DNA from: Tricharina praecox
Lineage: Eukaryota
Length of the DNA: 64,000 nucleotides
Reading direction: 5' to 3'
Assembly (NCBI RefSeq): GCF_024521635.1
Contig: NW_026250407.1
Coordinates: 62,001 to 126,000, forward strand
The notes under the pieces: model-generated
Databases searched by the model: none
What the model was told of the DNA's origin: nothing
Seen by the model: only the letters and a program-made list of their open reading frames with translations
Part shown: positions 15,114-26,819 of the stretch, piece after piece
How the letters are laid out: each line of letters begins with the position of its first letter
Position numbering within the stretch: the stretch's first letter is position 1
Translations under genes and position numbers: made by a program

Positions 15114-16130
15114 CCCGCCCCGCCCTGCCCCACCTTCCCGTCCCCCGACTCCCGACCCCCGACCCCGCACGTGCTCAATTCAATTCCGCCCGTCGGAATC
15201 CCAATCTATTCTATTGAAGTGTACCTGCCTCTAAGTGTTAGAAGCACTGTGGCCCGCATGTAAATACCTCCAAGTGTTAGACTTAGACCTAGACTTTAGA
15301 TCCGCCCCGCTACATACCGGATCCCGCCGACGCCATGATCCTTGAGCTCTGGCGGCTACCTGTCATACATAGTAGCCGCTACAGACGCCCCACTCTTCAC
15401 TCTTTACGATCGATCAATTACAGCAGAAGTCATTCGGTAGGTAGGAGGTAGGTACCAGGTATATTTATGAATCATCGTATTGCATTACATTACATATAAA
15501 ACTCCCATAATGCTCTCCCATTCATCTCATCTGAAACCATAGCAGCCGTATATAATACACCCCCCCCCCCCCCTTCTCTGCCCTACCACCTCCACCTCCG
15601 CCTCCACCTCCCTCCACCTTCCTCCACCTCCACCTCCACATCCTCATTCCCCCATTAGAACGATAGAAGAACTAGTATCCCTTCCGCAGAAGCGCAAAAG
15701 AGCAAAACTAAAGGATGTACCTAGTAATGATGAAGTCCCGTCAAATAGAAAGAAAAAACACGTTAAAACACAATCGCAATCGCAATCGCAAAGCAAGCAA
15801 GACAAAAAAGCACAACTGCACACCTCAAACACCAACAAACCATCGTTATCCGAAACACATTATTAAGAGTAAGGAGAAAAGGAGAAAAGGATAGAGAGAA
15901 CAAACAACGTGAGGTAAGGTAAATGGAGTCATCAGAAAAAAAAGGAAAATAGCCCAGTGAAAGCGCACCAGTAACCCATTTCCCCCCTGCCCACAGCATA
16001 TCCACCCGTTCCAATCTATGTGGTATCTTGTACTTTCACTTTTATCCCTCCAAGCTCCTCCTTCCCTGCCTCTACCCGTACAGCACCGAAAGAAAGAAAG
16101 ACATTAGAAAGGTACAATTACATCGGAATC

Positions 16131-19100
16131 TCACTTGGAACGCGGTTCGGGTGTAGGTGCGGCGGGTTCGATGGGTAGGTCGCCCTGCACGGTTCCGGGG
16201 TGTAATGAGCCACTAGCCCTCTCCTGCTCCGACTGCGAGCTGAAGAGTAAATCGCCAGCCCCTTCCTTCGACGGTGAAGGCGCCTTCTCTACAGGCGACC
16301 AGCCACCGATACTTCCGGCCACGATGGACGGAACCATTGCGGCGGCGGCAAAAACCGTAGAGTTGGAGCGAGATCGCCTGCGGCGGTGAGATCCAGCCGA
16401 CGTCGGTGGCGCAACTCTGTCCTCGATGGTAGGCTCTGGTAACTCCGACTTGGAGCCACTGCGCAGCATGTGCGACAAGTTGTCCTTGATGTGCTGCTGC
16501 TTGAACTTGAGCTGATTAAGCCGGCCACCACGGACCATCTTCAAGAACGAAAGCTCGTGGCGGATCTCTTCGATTCCGCGGTTCCACTCGAAGCGGTCCT
16601 CGTCAGATGACACGTAGACGGCGGGGTCCTCGCGCTTTCGTTTCATGATGTCGGGCAGAATCTTGGCAAACGCCGCGTCGGGAATCAAGCGGATGACGAC
16701 GGCAACGGGAAGTGAGATGGCTCCGAGAATAATGGAGATTGCCCACTGGACACCGTCCAGACGCCTGACCGAAAATGCTTTATCTCCCACGAAGATGATC
16801 ATGATCTGACCACCAACCATAACAACGTTGATTCCGATAAAGAACCAATTCTTGGAGATTCCCTCGAGAATGTTGAACTTGTTGTCCAAGCGACGGTTGT
16901 TGTACTGGTTGAAAATCTGCATCCAAACGAAGGTGTTGAAGATCAAAGCCTTGAGGTGTGCGTATCCTTCTTCGTCGTCCGGATAACCGAGGATCTTCAG
17001 TCCGGCGAAGTTCATGACGAATGTGACCGCAAGCTGATAGACCGCCTGGCCAAGGATCATCTTCCACATGTTGACGGTGATGAGAGGTGCAGATTTGGGA
17101 TCGGGCTTTCTGTCCAGGATGGACGGAGCAGGCGGATCGGTAGCCAACGCAAGAGCAGCAAAGGTGTCCATGATCAGATTCACCCAGAGCAACTGCACCG
17201 CAGACAAGATTGAGGTCTCGTCGTCGGAGGCGACGGCGGAAACGAAGGTAAGAAGCACAGCAGTGATGTTGACAGTCAGTTGGAACTGGGAAAGAGAAGT
17301 CAGTAAACATCGGCGGCAAACGAGAAGCTACACGGGCTTACCTGGAGGAACTTCTTGACAGCGTCGTTGACAGCGCGTCCCCACATGAGCGCCTTGACAA
17401 TGCTGGAGAAATTGTCGTCCATCAGAATAATCGCAGAGGCCTCCTTGGCGACCTCAGTTCCAGCAATTCCCATCGAGAAACCGACGTCTGCCATCTTCAA
17501 GGCCGGACCATCGTTCGTTCCATCACCAGTCACCGCAACAGTCTCTCCCAACTCCTTCAATCTTTTAACCAGTATACGCTTGTCCTCGGGACTCGACCGT
17601 GCAAGCACCTGCAATCTCGGAATGACTTGATCCATCTGTGCCGGCGAAAGCTGGCGGAACTTGGGGCCCTCCATGACCAGGCCGCCGGGGGTGTAGATTC
17701 CACACTCCTCGGCGATTGCCCTGGCAGTCATAACGTTGTCACCAGTAACCATGCGGACGAAGACACCAGCCTTCTGGCATTGAAGCACGGCCTCGCGGAC
17801 TCCGGGACGTAGGGGGTCCTGAATGCCGACAATACCGATCCAGGTCATGTCTCCGAAAACGTCGTCAAATTCAGCCTGCGAAGGGTCATCCTCCAGCTGG
17901 CGCGCACCAGCCGGGGGCCACGCGGGGAAATCGCGGTACAACAATCCAATGGTACGGAGCGAACGGTTCGCGTATGTAGAGATTGTTTCGCCGATATCGC
18001 CCTCAACCTCGGGGGTCAAGTCGACATCCTTGCCGTCAGAGGTGACGATCCGAGAACATTGTCTGAGCACGATTTCGGAGGCACCCTTAACCATCAAGCG
18101 GAACCGGCCATCACTAAGTTTGACGACCACTCCCATGCACTTCCTGCCGGAATCGAAAGGAATCATCTGAGTGATGGTAGCGTTGGCACGGGCCTCGCCG
18201 ACGGAGGACATTCCAAGGTAGTCGCGGGCAAAGATCAACATGGCCGTCTCAGTCTTGGATCCGATGAACGTTGGCTTTCCATCCTCCTCTCCCTCGAAAG
18301 CGGTCGAATTCTGGACGATTGATTGCAAGAGGAGCTCCTTGATATTCTCCGGAAGAGCCGTGATGAAGGCCGCAATAGATGATTCCTGTGCCGCCGTCTC
18401 GGCATCTTTGTTCTCGGGGACGGCATCCGCCTCCACCTTGCGCCTGTCGCCGAAGCTCTGGTTGGCACCTACCGTACCCGCAACGATCGTCATCCTGTTC
18501 TGCGTGAGTGTACCAGTTTTGTCCGAACACACAGTCGTAGCATTTCCCATGGTTTCGCAAGCCTGCAAGACACGGACAAGATTGTTGTCCTTCAACATAC
18601 GAGTGGTGGCATACGCAAGGGCAAGCGTAACCGCCAACGGGAGACCTTCGGGCACAGCAACGACAACGACAGTGATGGCCGTGATCAGGATTTGCATGAA
18701 ATTCTGTCCTTTTTCGCTGGCAGTCTCCACACTACCACGGAGGTTGACCAAGAAGCGAATGAGCAGAACGATGAACAGCAAAAGGGCAGCACTACATAAG
18801 GTCAGCATCTCCTCACGCATATATCTTCTGGTTCTGACGGAGGATCTTACGCTCCACCAAGCTTGGCAATAGCCTCGGCCAGATCGTTCAGCTTCCTCTG
18901 CAACGGAGTATCATCGGATTCCTCGCGCGAGCCCATCATAGTCTTTCCGAAACTGCTGTGAACACCAACACCAGTCACCACGTACGTACCAACACCCTCA
19001 AGAACCTTTGCTCCAGAGATGATGAACGGGTCCAACTTGTGAACGTCGACATTTCCGGTATTGTACTGTGCGATAGCGTCGAGGGCGGGCATCTTCTTCA

Positions 19101-20353
19101 TCTGGTCGGATTCACCGGTTGCAGAAGACTCGTCGCACTTGACATTGTGACCAGTGATGAAGATACCATCGGCAGGAATGAGATCTCCGGGCTCCAGATG
19201 GCATACATCACCGACCAGAAGATCATAAACCGAGATTTCCAAGGATTTTCCAGAGCGGATGACTTTAACGGTACGATCCTCTTTCTGATGATATAATCAG
19301 CATCCACAACTAACGGAGGGGGGGGCTTGGCCGCTTGGCAACTCGGCAAATTACCTTCTTGTTCAACTTGACGAATTGGCGTTCCTTCTGGTAATCATTA
19401 CCGGCACCGACGAGCACGACGATAGCAATGGCGACCATGATGGCCACACCCTCCACCCAGTCCACCGACGCACCCTCATTCGGATCGTGCTCGACGCCGA
19501 ACGTCTGATACAATCCCAATGCCAGAGAGATAGCAGCCGCCGCGGACAGCAACAACAACACCTTGTCGTTCAACGTGATCCACATCAGCCGCAGAAGCGA
19601 CTGCGATTTACGTTCCGGCAGGCGATTGTCTCCAAACACTCGCAGTCTATCCTTGTAAGAGTTGGGGTGCAGTTTCGCGGTCGCTGGCTGCGCACCCACG
19701 GTTCCCACACGTTTCGGCGCAGAGAGATCAGGCGCGACTGCGAACTGATCGGCACCACCGGTAGCATCCGCAAACGAGACGGCGCCCTCAAGCGTCGTCT
19801 CATCGAGACTCAATCCCGCCTTCAGATCCGTCCTCAGACCAACGGCCAGCCCTTCAATTCCTCCCAGCGCCTTCAGGGCTGGGATATTCTTTGGACTGTT
19901 CAACTTTGACATCTGGCCGGGAGAGAACGCGAAGACGTTATTGGGCACCTGAAAGTCCTTCTCCGTTCCTGGATCGGGCTTCAGAGGGTCGGCGTCTTCA
20001 TCATGATCCTCGTGTACACGGGGGCCATCCGCTGACGGCGGCGAAACCAAGGTGTCACCACCATCGGAGTGCGCTTGGTCGAGCGAATTGCCTCGCGAAG
20101 GGCCACCGGGGACAGTGAGGAGTCCTCCCGCAGGGCTCGCACCAGGCTGCTGCGCCGGCTGCGAAGCTAAAGGGGGCGCTGGAGACTGTGCCCGTGGATT
20201 CCCACCGCCTCCCTACAATACCCACCATTAGCGAACAGTTTCCCCGCAAGCAAACAATGTCGGCGCGTCGTATCGCGTCGTATCGCGTCGTATCGCGGAA
20301 GATGGAGAAGAAGGAAGAGCACTCACGGAATCGGGTTTAGTTGTGCCGGACAT
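16131..20353 (-). CDS. PMC1: P2B (PMCA-type) vacuolar Ca2+-transporting ATPase (5 exons)
   Basis: DESSATGES, VAVPEGLPLAVT, phosphorylation motif CSDKTGTLT, MVTGDN, GDGTNDGPALKMADVG and QLLWVNLIMDTFAALALATD. Exon 1 20327-20353 (MSGTTKPDS) splices in phase 0 to exon 2 20212-19355. Confidence 0.96.
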
Positions 20354-21655
20354 GCTTTGCGAGCTCTACTAGTAGGCTTGTTTGCCGATAACAGTGCTCT
20401 CAAGGAAGCAGCCGAAGCGATACAGGTTGATTCACTCTCACACTCACGTCTGGTTTCGCTTTCCGTGGGCCAGGTTTAATTGTGGCGAACCGATGACGAT
20501 GATGATGGCGAAGTCCGAGGGCCTGTACGTATGTTCCCCGGGCAAATCGCGTCGTATCGTGTCAGTGGGTGGTGGGTGTGTGTGGGTAAGTGAGTGAGTG
20601 ATTGAGCGTGTGTATGTGTGGGCGTGTGGGTGTGGGTGTGTGTGAGAGTCTGTGTGTGGGTGTGTGTGTATTCGTTGAGCGTGTTTATTTTGTCGCCGGA
20701 ATGTGGTGTGGTGTGGCGGTGTGGTTGGGGATCGATCTCACGAAGTGAGTGAGCACTGCGAAGAGGGGTTGCGCACAGTAAGAATGTTGTATTCACACGG
20801 CCGGAAGACAGTAGCGATATCTCTGTGCGATGATGATGACCTGCGGACCGAGTATACTCTAGATTAGGGAGTAGGTAGGTGGGTATGTATGGCAGTACCG
20901 ACGAACGTATGGGGCGAATTGCGGGCGGTTTGATCGGTGATGGGGTGTGGCTGCCAGCAGGTGCCTTGGGTGAGCTGAGCTGAGCTGAGCTTGCACCGTC
21001 ACTGCCTACCATTCACGGGGGGAGGAGGAAGCGAAGGAGGACGTCCGTCCGGGGTCGTGGTAGTGGAAGTAGTAGCGGTGGTGGTGGTGGTGTTGGTGTT
21101 GGAGGTGGCGGCAATGATGAAGAAGATTAGGGACGGGGGGGGGAAAGGGAGACCTCCAATAATTGAAGATGGGCCAGCAAAGCGTGCAGAGGGAAATAGA
21201 AATGACAGTAGCAGCAGGGCAGAGCAGAGCAGAGAGCGCAGGCTTTCAGGTTATACAAAGGGTCGTTAGAGTAGAGTATTAGAGTGCTTCGTTCTTCTTC
21301 TTCAGGGCAACCTATCAATCAATTCGCAAAATAGGAAACGGCAACGAGCCAAGAAAAGCAATCACCTCGACCTCACGACTCACGATAGTTGCAGCAGCGT
21401 TCACCTTTCACTGCTCAGAACAGGTACTTTCTGAATAGAATGGGATTCCCTGCCTTGTTCCTCCAGGTTATGTATGCAATCTGGCAGATATATATGAGGG
21501 CAGGAGTTCATTCGTTCATCCATCTCGATGAAGTCTGGACACTGGCATACGTGAGACCAACACGGCGCGACGGGGTGTGGTGTGGGAACGATGCTCGGCG
21601 GGGCTTAATTCTCTCGATGCTTGACTAGAGTAGAGTGCTAGTCTCATACCTAGTA

Positions 21656-21764
21656 CTCGGGTGTGAGGGAAAGTGATGCACCACCGCGAAATGACACTTA
21701 AAAAGGTCCACTACCACCGCGAAATGACGCTTAAAAAGGTGCGCCACTTACCCCTACACCCGTG
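21656..21764. mobile_element. 109-bp MITE with TA flanks (Tc1/mariner-type)
   Basis: Left end CTCGGGTGTGAGGGAAAGTGATGCACC vs reverse-complemented right end CACGGGTGTAGGGGTAAGTGGCGCACC (21/27 identical). TA on both sides. Interior is two copies of CACCGCGAAATGAC(A/G)CTTAAAAAGGT. Confidence 0.7.
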
Positions 21765-22097
21765 TACATATAGCAGGTACACCCATGGCCGTCACCCAGG
21801 CTGCTTAAACTCAAACCACGCATATCTTAGCCCGATCCCCCACTCTAGCTACTCTACATGCTACCTAGTACCGGTACATGCCAGAATACTAGAGCACACT
21901 GGCACCTAGTCCCCGCTGGTAGGCTGGTAGAGCACTCTAACGAAGGCGAAAGCCTGCTGAACACTCCCACCAGGAGCCAGAGTCCGGAGCCCTAACCCAG
22001 GCCAACCACCCAGAAGCGTCCACAACACCCGTCACAGCGTCGCTAGGAACTCTTCTGTGCTTCGGAGCACAACACACACGTTCTATGTGGTAATACT

Positions 22098-22880
22098 AGA
22101 GGTCCTCAAGCCTTGCTGGGTGACCTGGCCGGCTAGGTGATTAGGTTTTTCTACTGGTTTGGCGATCTTTTAGGTTTCCCGGCACCGCTACCTCCTCCAG
22201 CTCAGAAAAAATTGTCTGGGTGACTTCAGGAACTCTAGCTCGCCTCTAGCTTTCCTTTAGTTCGTCGTAATGGGTAGGTGGATTGTGAGTAGTTTCCGGG
22301 ATCAAGAACTAGACTGTAAAAATATTCTCCATCCTGTGGTCAAACTCAGTCATCACCCAGAAGAATGCCTCGTGTATCTACAAGAAAATTTGTGCTCGAG
22401 TTGCTCGACTCCAACATCCGCGCGCAAACGACAGTCGACTCCATTTTCGAACCTGATGATGGCGAAGAGGATGTGCAACTCAGCACGCGACGGAGTGTTA
22501 CACCCAGCAAGCTAGCGACATACTTCATACACACGGGAATACATTAGTATCAGTACAGATACCATTGGCCTTAAACTATTGGCAGTTACCCAGGAAGTAT
22601 TGCAAGAGTCAATCAACTCCCACAGTTGGAGTCATTAAAGTAATGACTCTAGTCACCGAGCAGGATTGACTCCAGTCAGCGGGCAGGAGGATGGGTGATG
22701 TAGAAAGCGCTCAGAAGTCAGGGATGTACCCTGGATGTGCTCGGAGCTACTCACCTGGCCAGCCAGCCCCGCAGGGCAAGGTCCTCAAACCCGAATGTCA
22801 TGGCTGGACATCGTTATTGGTCAATCTGTCTTGATGGGTTTCCGGCCGGCCAGATCACCCGGCAAGGTTTGAGAACCTCT
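22098..22880 (+). mobile_element. 783-bp non-autonomous DNA transposon, ~36-bp TIRs, ACT target duplication (PIF/Harbinger-related, Pangu-like)
   Basis: Left AGAGGTCCTCAAGCCTTGCTGGGTGACCTGGCCGGC vs right rc AGAGGTTCTCAAACCTTGCCGGGTGATCTGGCCGGC (32/36, all differences transitions). ACT at 22095-22097 and 22881-22883. Internal 60-codon ORF remnant at 22365-22547. TIRs are seen directly; the superfamily is inferred. Confidence 0.78.
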
Positions 22881-22905
22881 ACTTACCGTAGTTGCAGAGG
22901 TTAGT

Positions 22906-23266
22906 AGGGGTACTCAAACCTGGCTGGGAACCAGGCTGGCTGGAAAAGCGGCAAAAACCGTTGCCTAATGAGCATGCCCCAGCCTGCAGATTAGGTTTGA
23001 GGGACCCGGGCTGGGAGCTGGGCTGGCGACAAGAGTAGCGGGGCGCTTTGTTAGGCCGGCAGCGAGGAAAAAACAAATTGCGTCACAACCCACGTCGTCC
23101 GCCGCCGCCACTCGTCGCCGCCCATCATCTAAACCACCCACTCGTCGCCGCCCACTCGTCGCCTGAGAGCTGGTAGAATTAGCGTCGCGAGGAGATGCTT
23201 AGTGCACCCTAAGATCCGGAACCCTGTAAAAACAACTTAAATTTCCAGCCAGGTTTGAGTACCCCT
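22906..23266. mobile_element. 361-bp MITE with TIRs related to the neighbouring element
   Basis: Perfect 22-bp TIR AGGGGTACTCAAACCTGGCTGG at both ends. Flanks are AGT (left) and ACT (right). GGCTGG subterminal repeats inside. Confidence 0.82.
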
Positions 23267-24950
23267 ACTATAGGGCTCTACGTGAACATCTACTGGTTCC
23301 AGCATCCCATCTGCGACTTCCTGATCTGCTGCGCCCCCTTCATCACGTACTCTATAGAGTATATCTGTCGTACATATGGTACCGTATAGTACCGTATCAT
23401 CTCTCCCGGGAACTTCCTCGAAGCCCCACCGTCGTGTCACCACCCACCTATCTAGCTAGCACCTAGAGTAACTACTCTACGCGTGCCCCAGCGCGACGAC
23501 TGGCAGAGGATATGCTGGGCGCGACGACGGGTCTAGAACGGCTTTCTGCGCGCGACGGTGGAGGTGTGAAGGTGTGATGTGTGTGATGTGCGATGTGCTG
23601 TGGGAGATGTGCTGTGGGGGATGTGCTGTGGGAGATGTGCGATGTGGGATGTTTGAGATGTGTTGTCACTACGCCACTGCGGATGGACTTCCCGGGCCCG
23701 GGGGGGAGAGAGAGGGAGAGGGGAGAGGGAGGGGAGAGCAGGGACAGAAGGAGGGAGGGGGGGGCTGGAGGAATAGTGTTGAGATCCTACGGTGCTCTAC
23801 ATACCGTACTCTACTCCAGGTAGGGAAGAAACCGGCGATGGGTGGTGGATGTTGACACTCGTCTTCACTGTGGGAGACGCAACCGATGGTACGGTACTCT
23901 AGGTAGAGTAGAGTAACCCAGACGCCGCCGCCACTGGGATCAGAGCCGCCAGCACAGCATACCCGCCCAGGTGGTATGTATAATTGCCATCTGCCCAACC
24001 GCATTACGCGCTTCCTGCCTCCCGCTCCTGCTCCTGCTCCTTCAATGTATCGCATGAACCCACGCCGCATATCTACTCATTACCCACATAGATACACAGA
24101 AGCGCAATCAGCATAAGCGCCATTGTGACATTGTGACATTACCCCCCCCCCCCCCCGCCGCCGATCATAGAGGCCACCCACTATCGCTTCAATGCTTCGA
24201 TGCTTCGATCTAGATCTATGTATGATCAGGCGACGCGACGCGGAAAACTCTGAAACAAAGTGAAAGACCTCCGCTCTGCCTGCCTCCGCTCTGCATGGGC
24301 GGGGGGGCGGGGAAGGGGAAAGAATGTCTGAGTGTCTGACTGCCTGAGTGTCCGAGTGTCTGAGTGCCTGAGTGTCTAAGCCACTCCGAGTCTCTAATTC
24401 GAACGCCGACTTTGGTAGAGTATTTTCTTATCGGTGCTCTTCGCGAACACCATTGCCTGCGAACACCAATGGCTGCATCGAGAACGACGACCTTTGTTCT
24501 CACGAGCTTCCATCGAGCGTCGAGAGGAATCCACGCATGCGTACCTGCATGCAAGCCATATTCCTTTGTTCCAATTCCTGCAGCCCACCGAAGCCGACAC
24601 GGACAACGGACAACGCACAGATGCATACATACGATCAGAGGGGTCAGGTGGTCTACCCACCGTACTCTAGAGTTTTGATCTGACATGATGTGACATGACA
24701 ACAAAGCGTTGTCCCAACACCGAACTTTTGTTTTGTTTAATCATCGTAGCGATCATGGCTGAGTAGGTAGGCACATCACCAGTTTCCCAACAGAACGCTG
24801 GCTGTTGTTCTAGACTCCAAATTCGAAACCGCGAGTGAGATCCCGTGCACCGACGTCACGCCAAACAGACCAGATTCAATTTTACCTGCTGTCGAACGAA
24901 GCAACCACTACCTAGGCACTTAGGCATGTATATACACCGACACGCCATAC

Positions 24951-26378
24951 CTATGGAGCTCTGTAGTAGTTTGTCTTGACAAACGGCATCTTCGTAACGG
25001 TCGCCTTGCGAGTCTTCCCACGGACCTTGACGGCCAACTCCGTGCCGGACTTGTGGAAGCCGGACTTGACGTAGCCCATCGCAATGTTTGTGCCGAGTGT
25101 GGGCGACGGACAACCGGACGTGACGGTGCCAAGAACGTCGCCCGTGGCCGGGTCGATGATCTCGGCGCCTTCGCGGGCGGGCGCGCCCTTCTCTACCGTG
25201 AGCCCGATGCGGCGGCGCGGGATCTGCGAGACGTCGTTGTATTGCCGGGAGATGGTTTCAGCACCGTTAAAGTTGCTGTTTTGCCTCTAATTAGCGGGGG
25301 AAGCGGAGAGCGTGAAGCGTGGGCGTGGGCGTGGGGACTGACTTTTCCATAACCCTCCTCTTTGCAACCAGCCACTTCAACCCAGCCTCGATGGGCGTGG
25401 TGGAATCGTCGAGATCGTGGCCATACAAACACATACCCGCCTCCAACCGCAGCGTATCCCTCGCGCCCAGCCCTGCCATCCTCAAGATATCCCCCTGCTT
25501 CCCAATCTCCAGCAATTCATTCGTCACAGCCACAGTATTCTCCGCCGGAATGGAAATCTCAAACCCATCCTCACCGGTATAACCACCACGAGCTATATGC
25601 AGCTCACCATACGTGGGCGTATCGACAACCACCGAGCGGCCAAAGTACACGTTCCCTAGATCCAGCACATCATCGCCCATCGCGCGCTGCAGAAAGTCCT
25701 GCACGATGACCTTCGCATCTGGGCCCTGAACGGCGATCAATCCCTGGCCGGCGAGGACGATGTGCTGAACCTCGGACTTGTGCGGGTACTCGGCGAGATG
25801 CTCGCGGATGTAAGCCAGGTCCTTGTCGGCGCACCCGGCGTTTGTCACGACGTAGAAGTCGTCCGGGGACAGCATCGTGATGATCAGGTCGTCAACGATC
25901 CCGCCCGTCACCGGGTGCAGGAAACACGACAGCGTGCTCTCGTGCGGCTTGAGCAGCGTGAGGTCCGATGGCGTGAGATGCTCGAGGAAGCCCAATGCCC
26001 CGGGGCCCTTGAATCTACGCGTCAAGCTGCATCAATACCCAGATCCTCCACCCAGTCCACAGCCCAAACGGAGTGGGTTACATACCGATGCTGTAGCATA
26101 TGCGACACGTCGAACAGCCCGGCCTTCGTGCGCACCTGGTTATGCGACTCGACCAGTCCCTGGTCCGCATAGGTCACGGGCATTGAGTACCCAGCAAAGG
26201 GCACCATCTTCGCTCCGGCGGCGACATGAAAGTCGTGTAGTGGGGTCTTCTTGAGTTCGACGGGGGGAACGCTGGCGGGCGAGGTGTAGCTGCGCAGGAA
26301 TTGCGAGGGGATGGATTTGCCAAATTGCTTCTTGCCGGCCGGGGCGCGGCAGACGAGGCGGAGTGTTCGGGGAAGCAT
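24951..26378 (-). CDS. GCV1: Glycine cleavage system T protein (aminomethyltransferase), mitochondrial (3 exons)
   Basis: [10 protein letters not shown]...[56 protein letters not shown] and [19 protein letters not shown]...[13 protein letters not shown]. Arg-rich presequence. Confidence 0.97.
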
Positions 26379-26819
26379 TGTGTCGCGATATATAGTTAGT
26401 CTGGAGCTGCGGTGCGGGGTGTGTTGAAGTTGTGGATCTAGCTGGGAATTGGTATGACGTCGGTTACTACCGGGTATAGCACGTGAATGACAATAATCAA
26501 GAAAGCATCGAACATCAGCACTCGCAGTCACACACTCGTAGCCATCAGCCATTAAAAAAAGTCAAAGAAACCGCGGTCCGCTATCGTACAGCAACAGAAA
26601 TACACAAAACAATGACCCAGTTTCCTGTATCATCCCCGCCCACCATAAATAAACGACGCCCACCTAAGAAACTGTGGTAAAAGAGTATGATCAAGAATTC
26701 AAATGCCTACTTAAGTATACCCGCCTATGAAACTCCCGTGCGGCGTCCATATCTGTAGTACATACAGCCCCGAAATTCACACCGCGTCACCGTTGGCCAG
26801 AGGTATTACAAGTGGTGCC

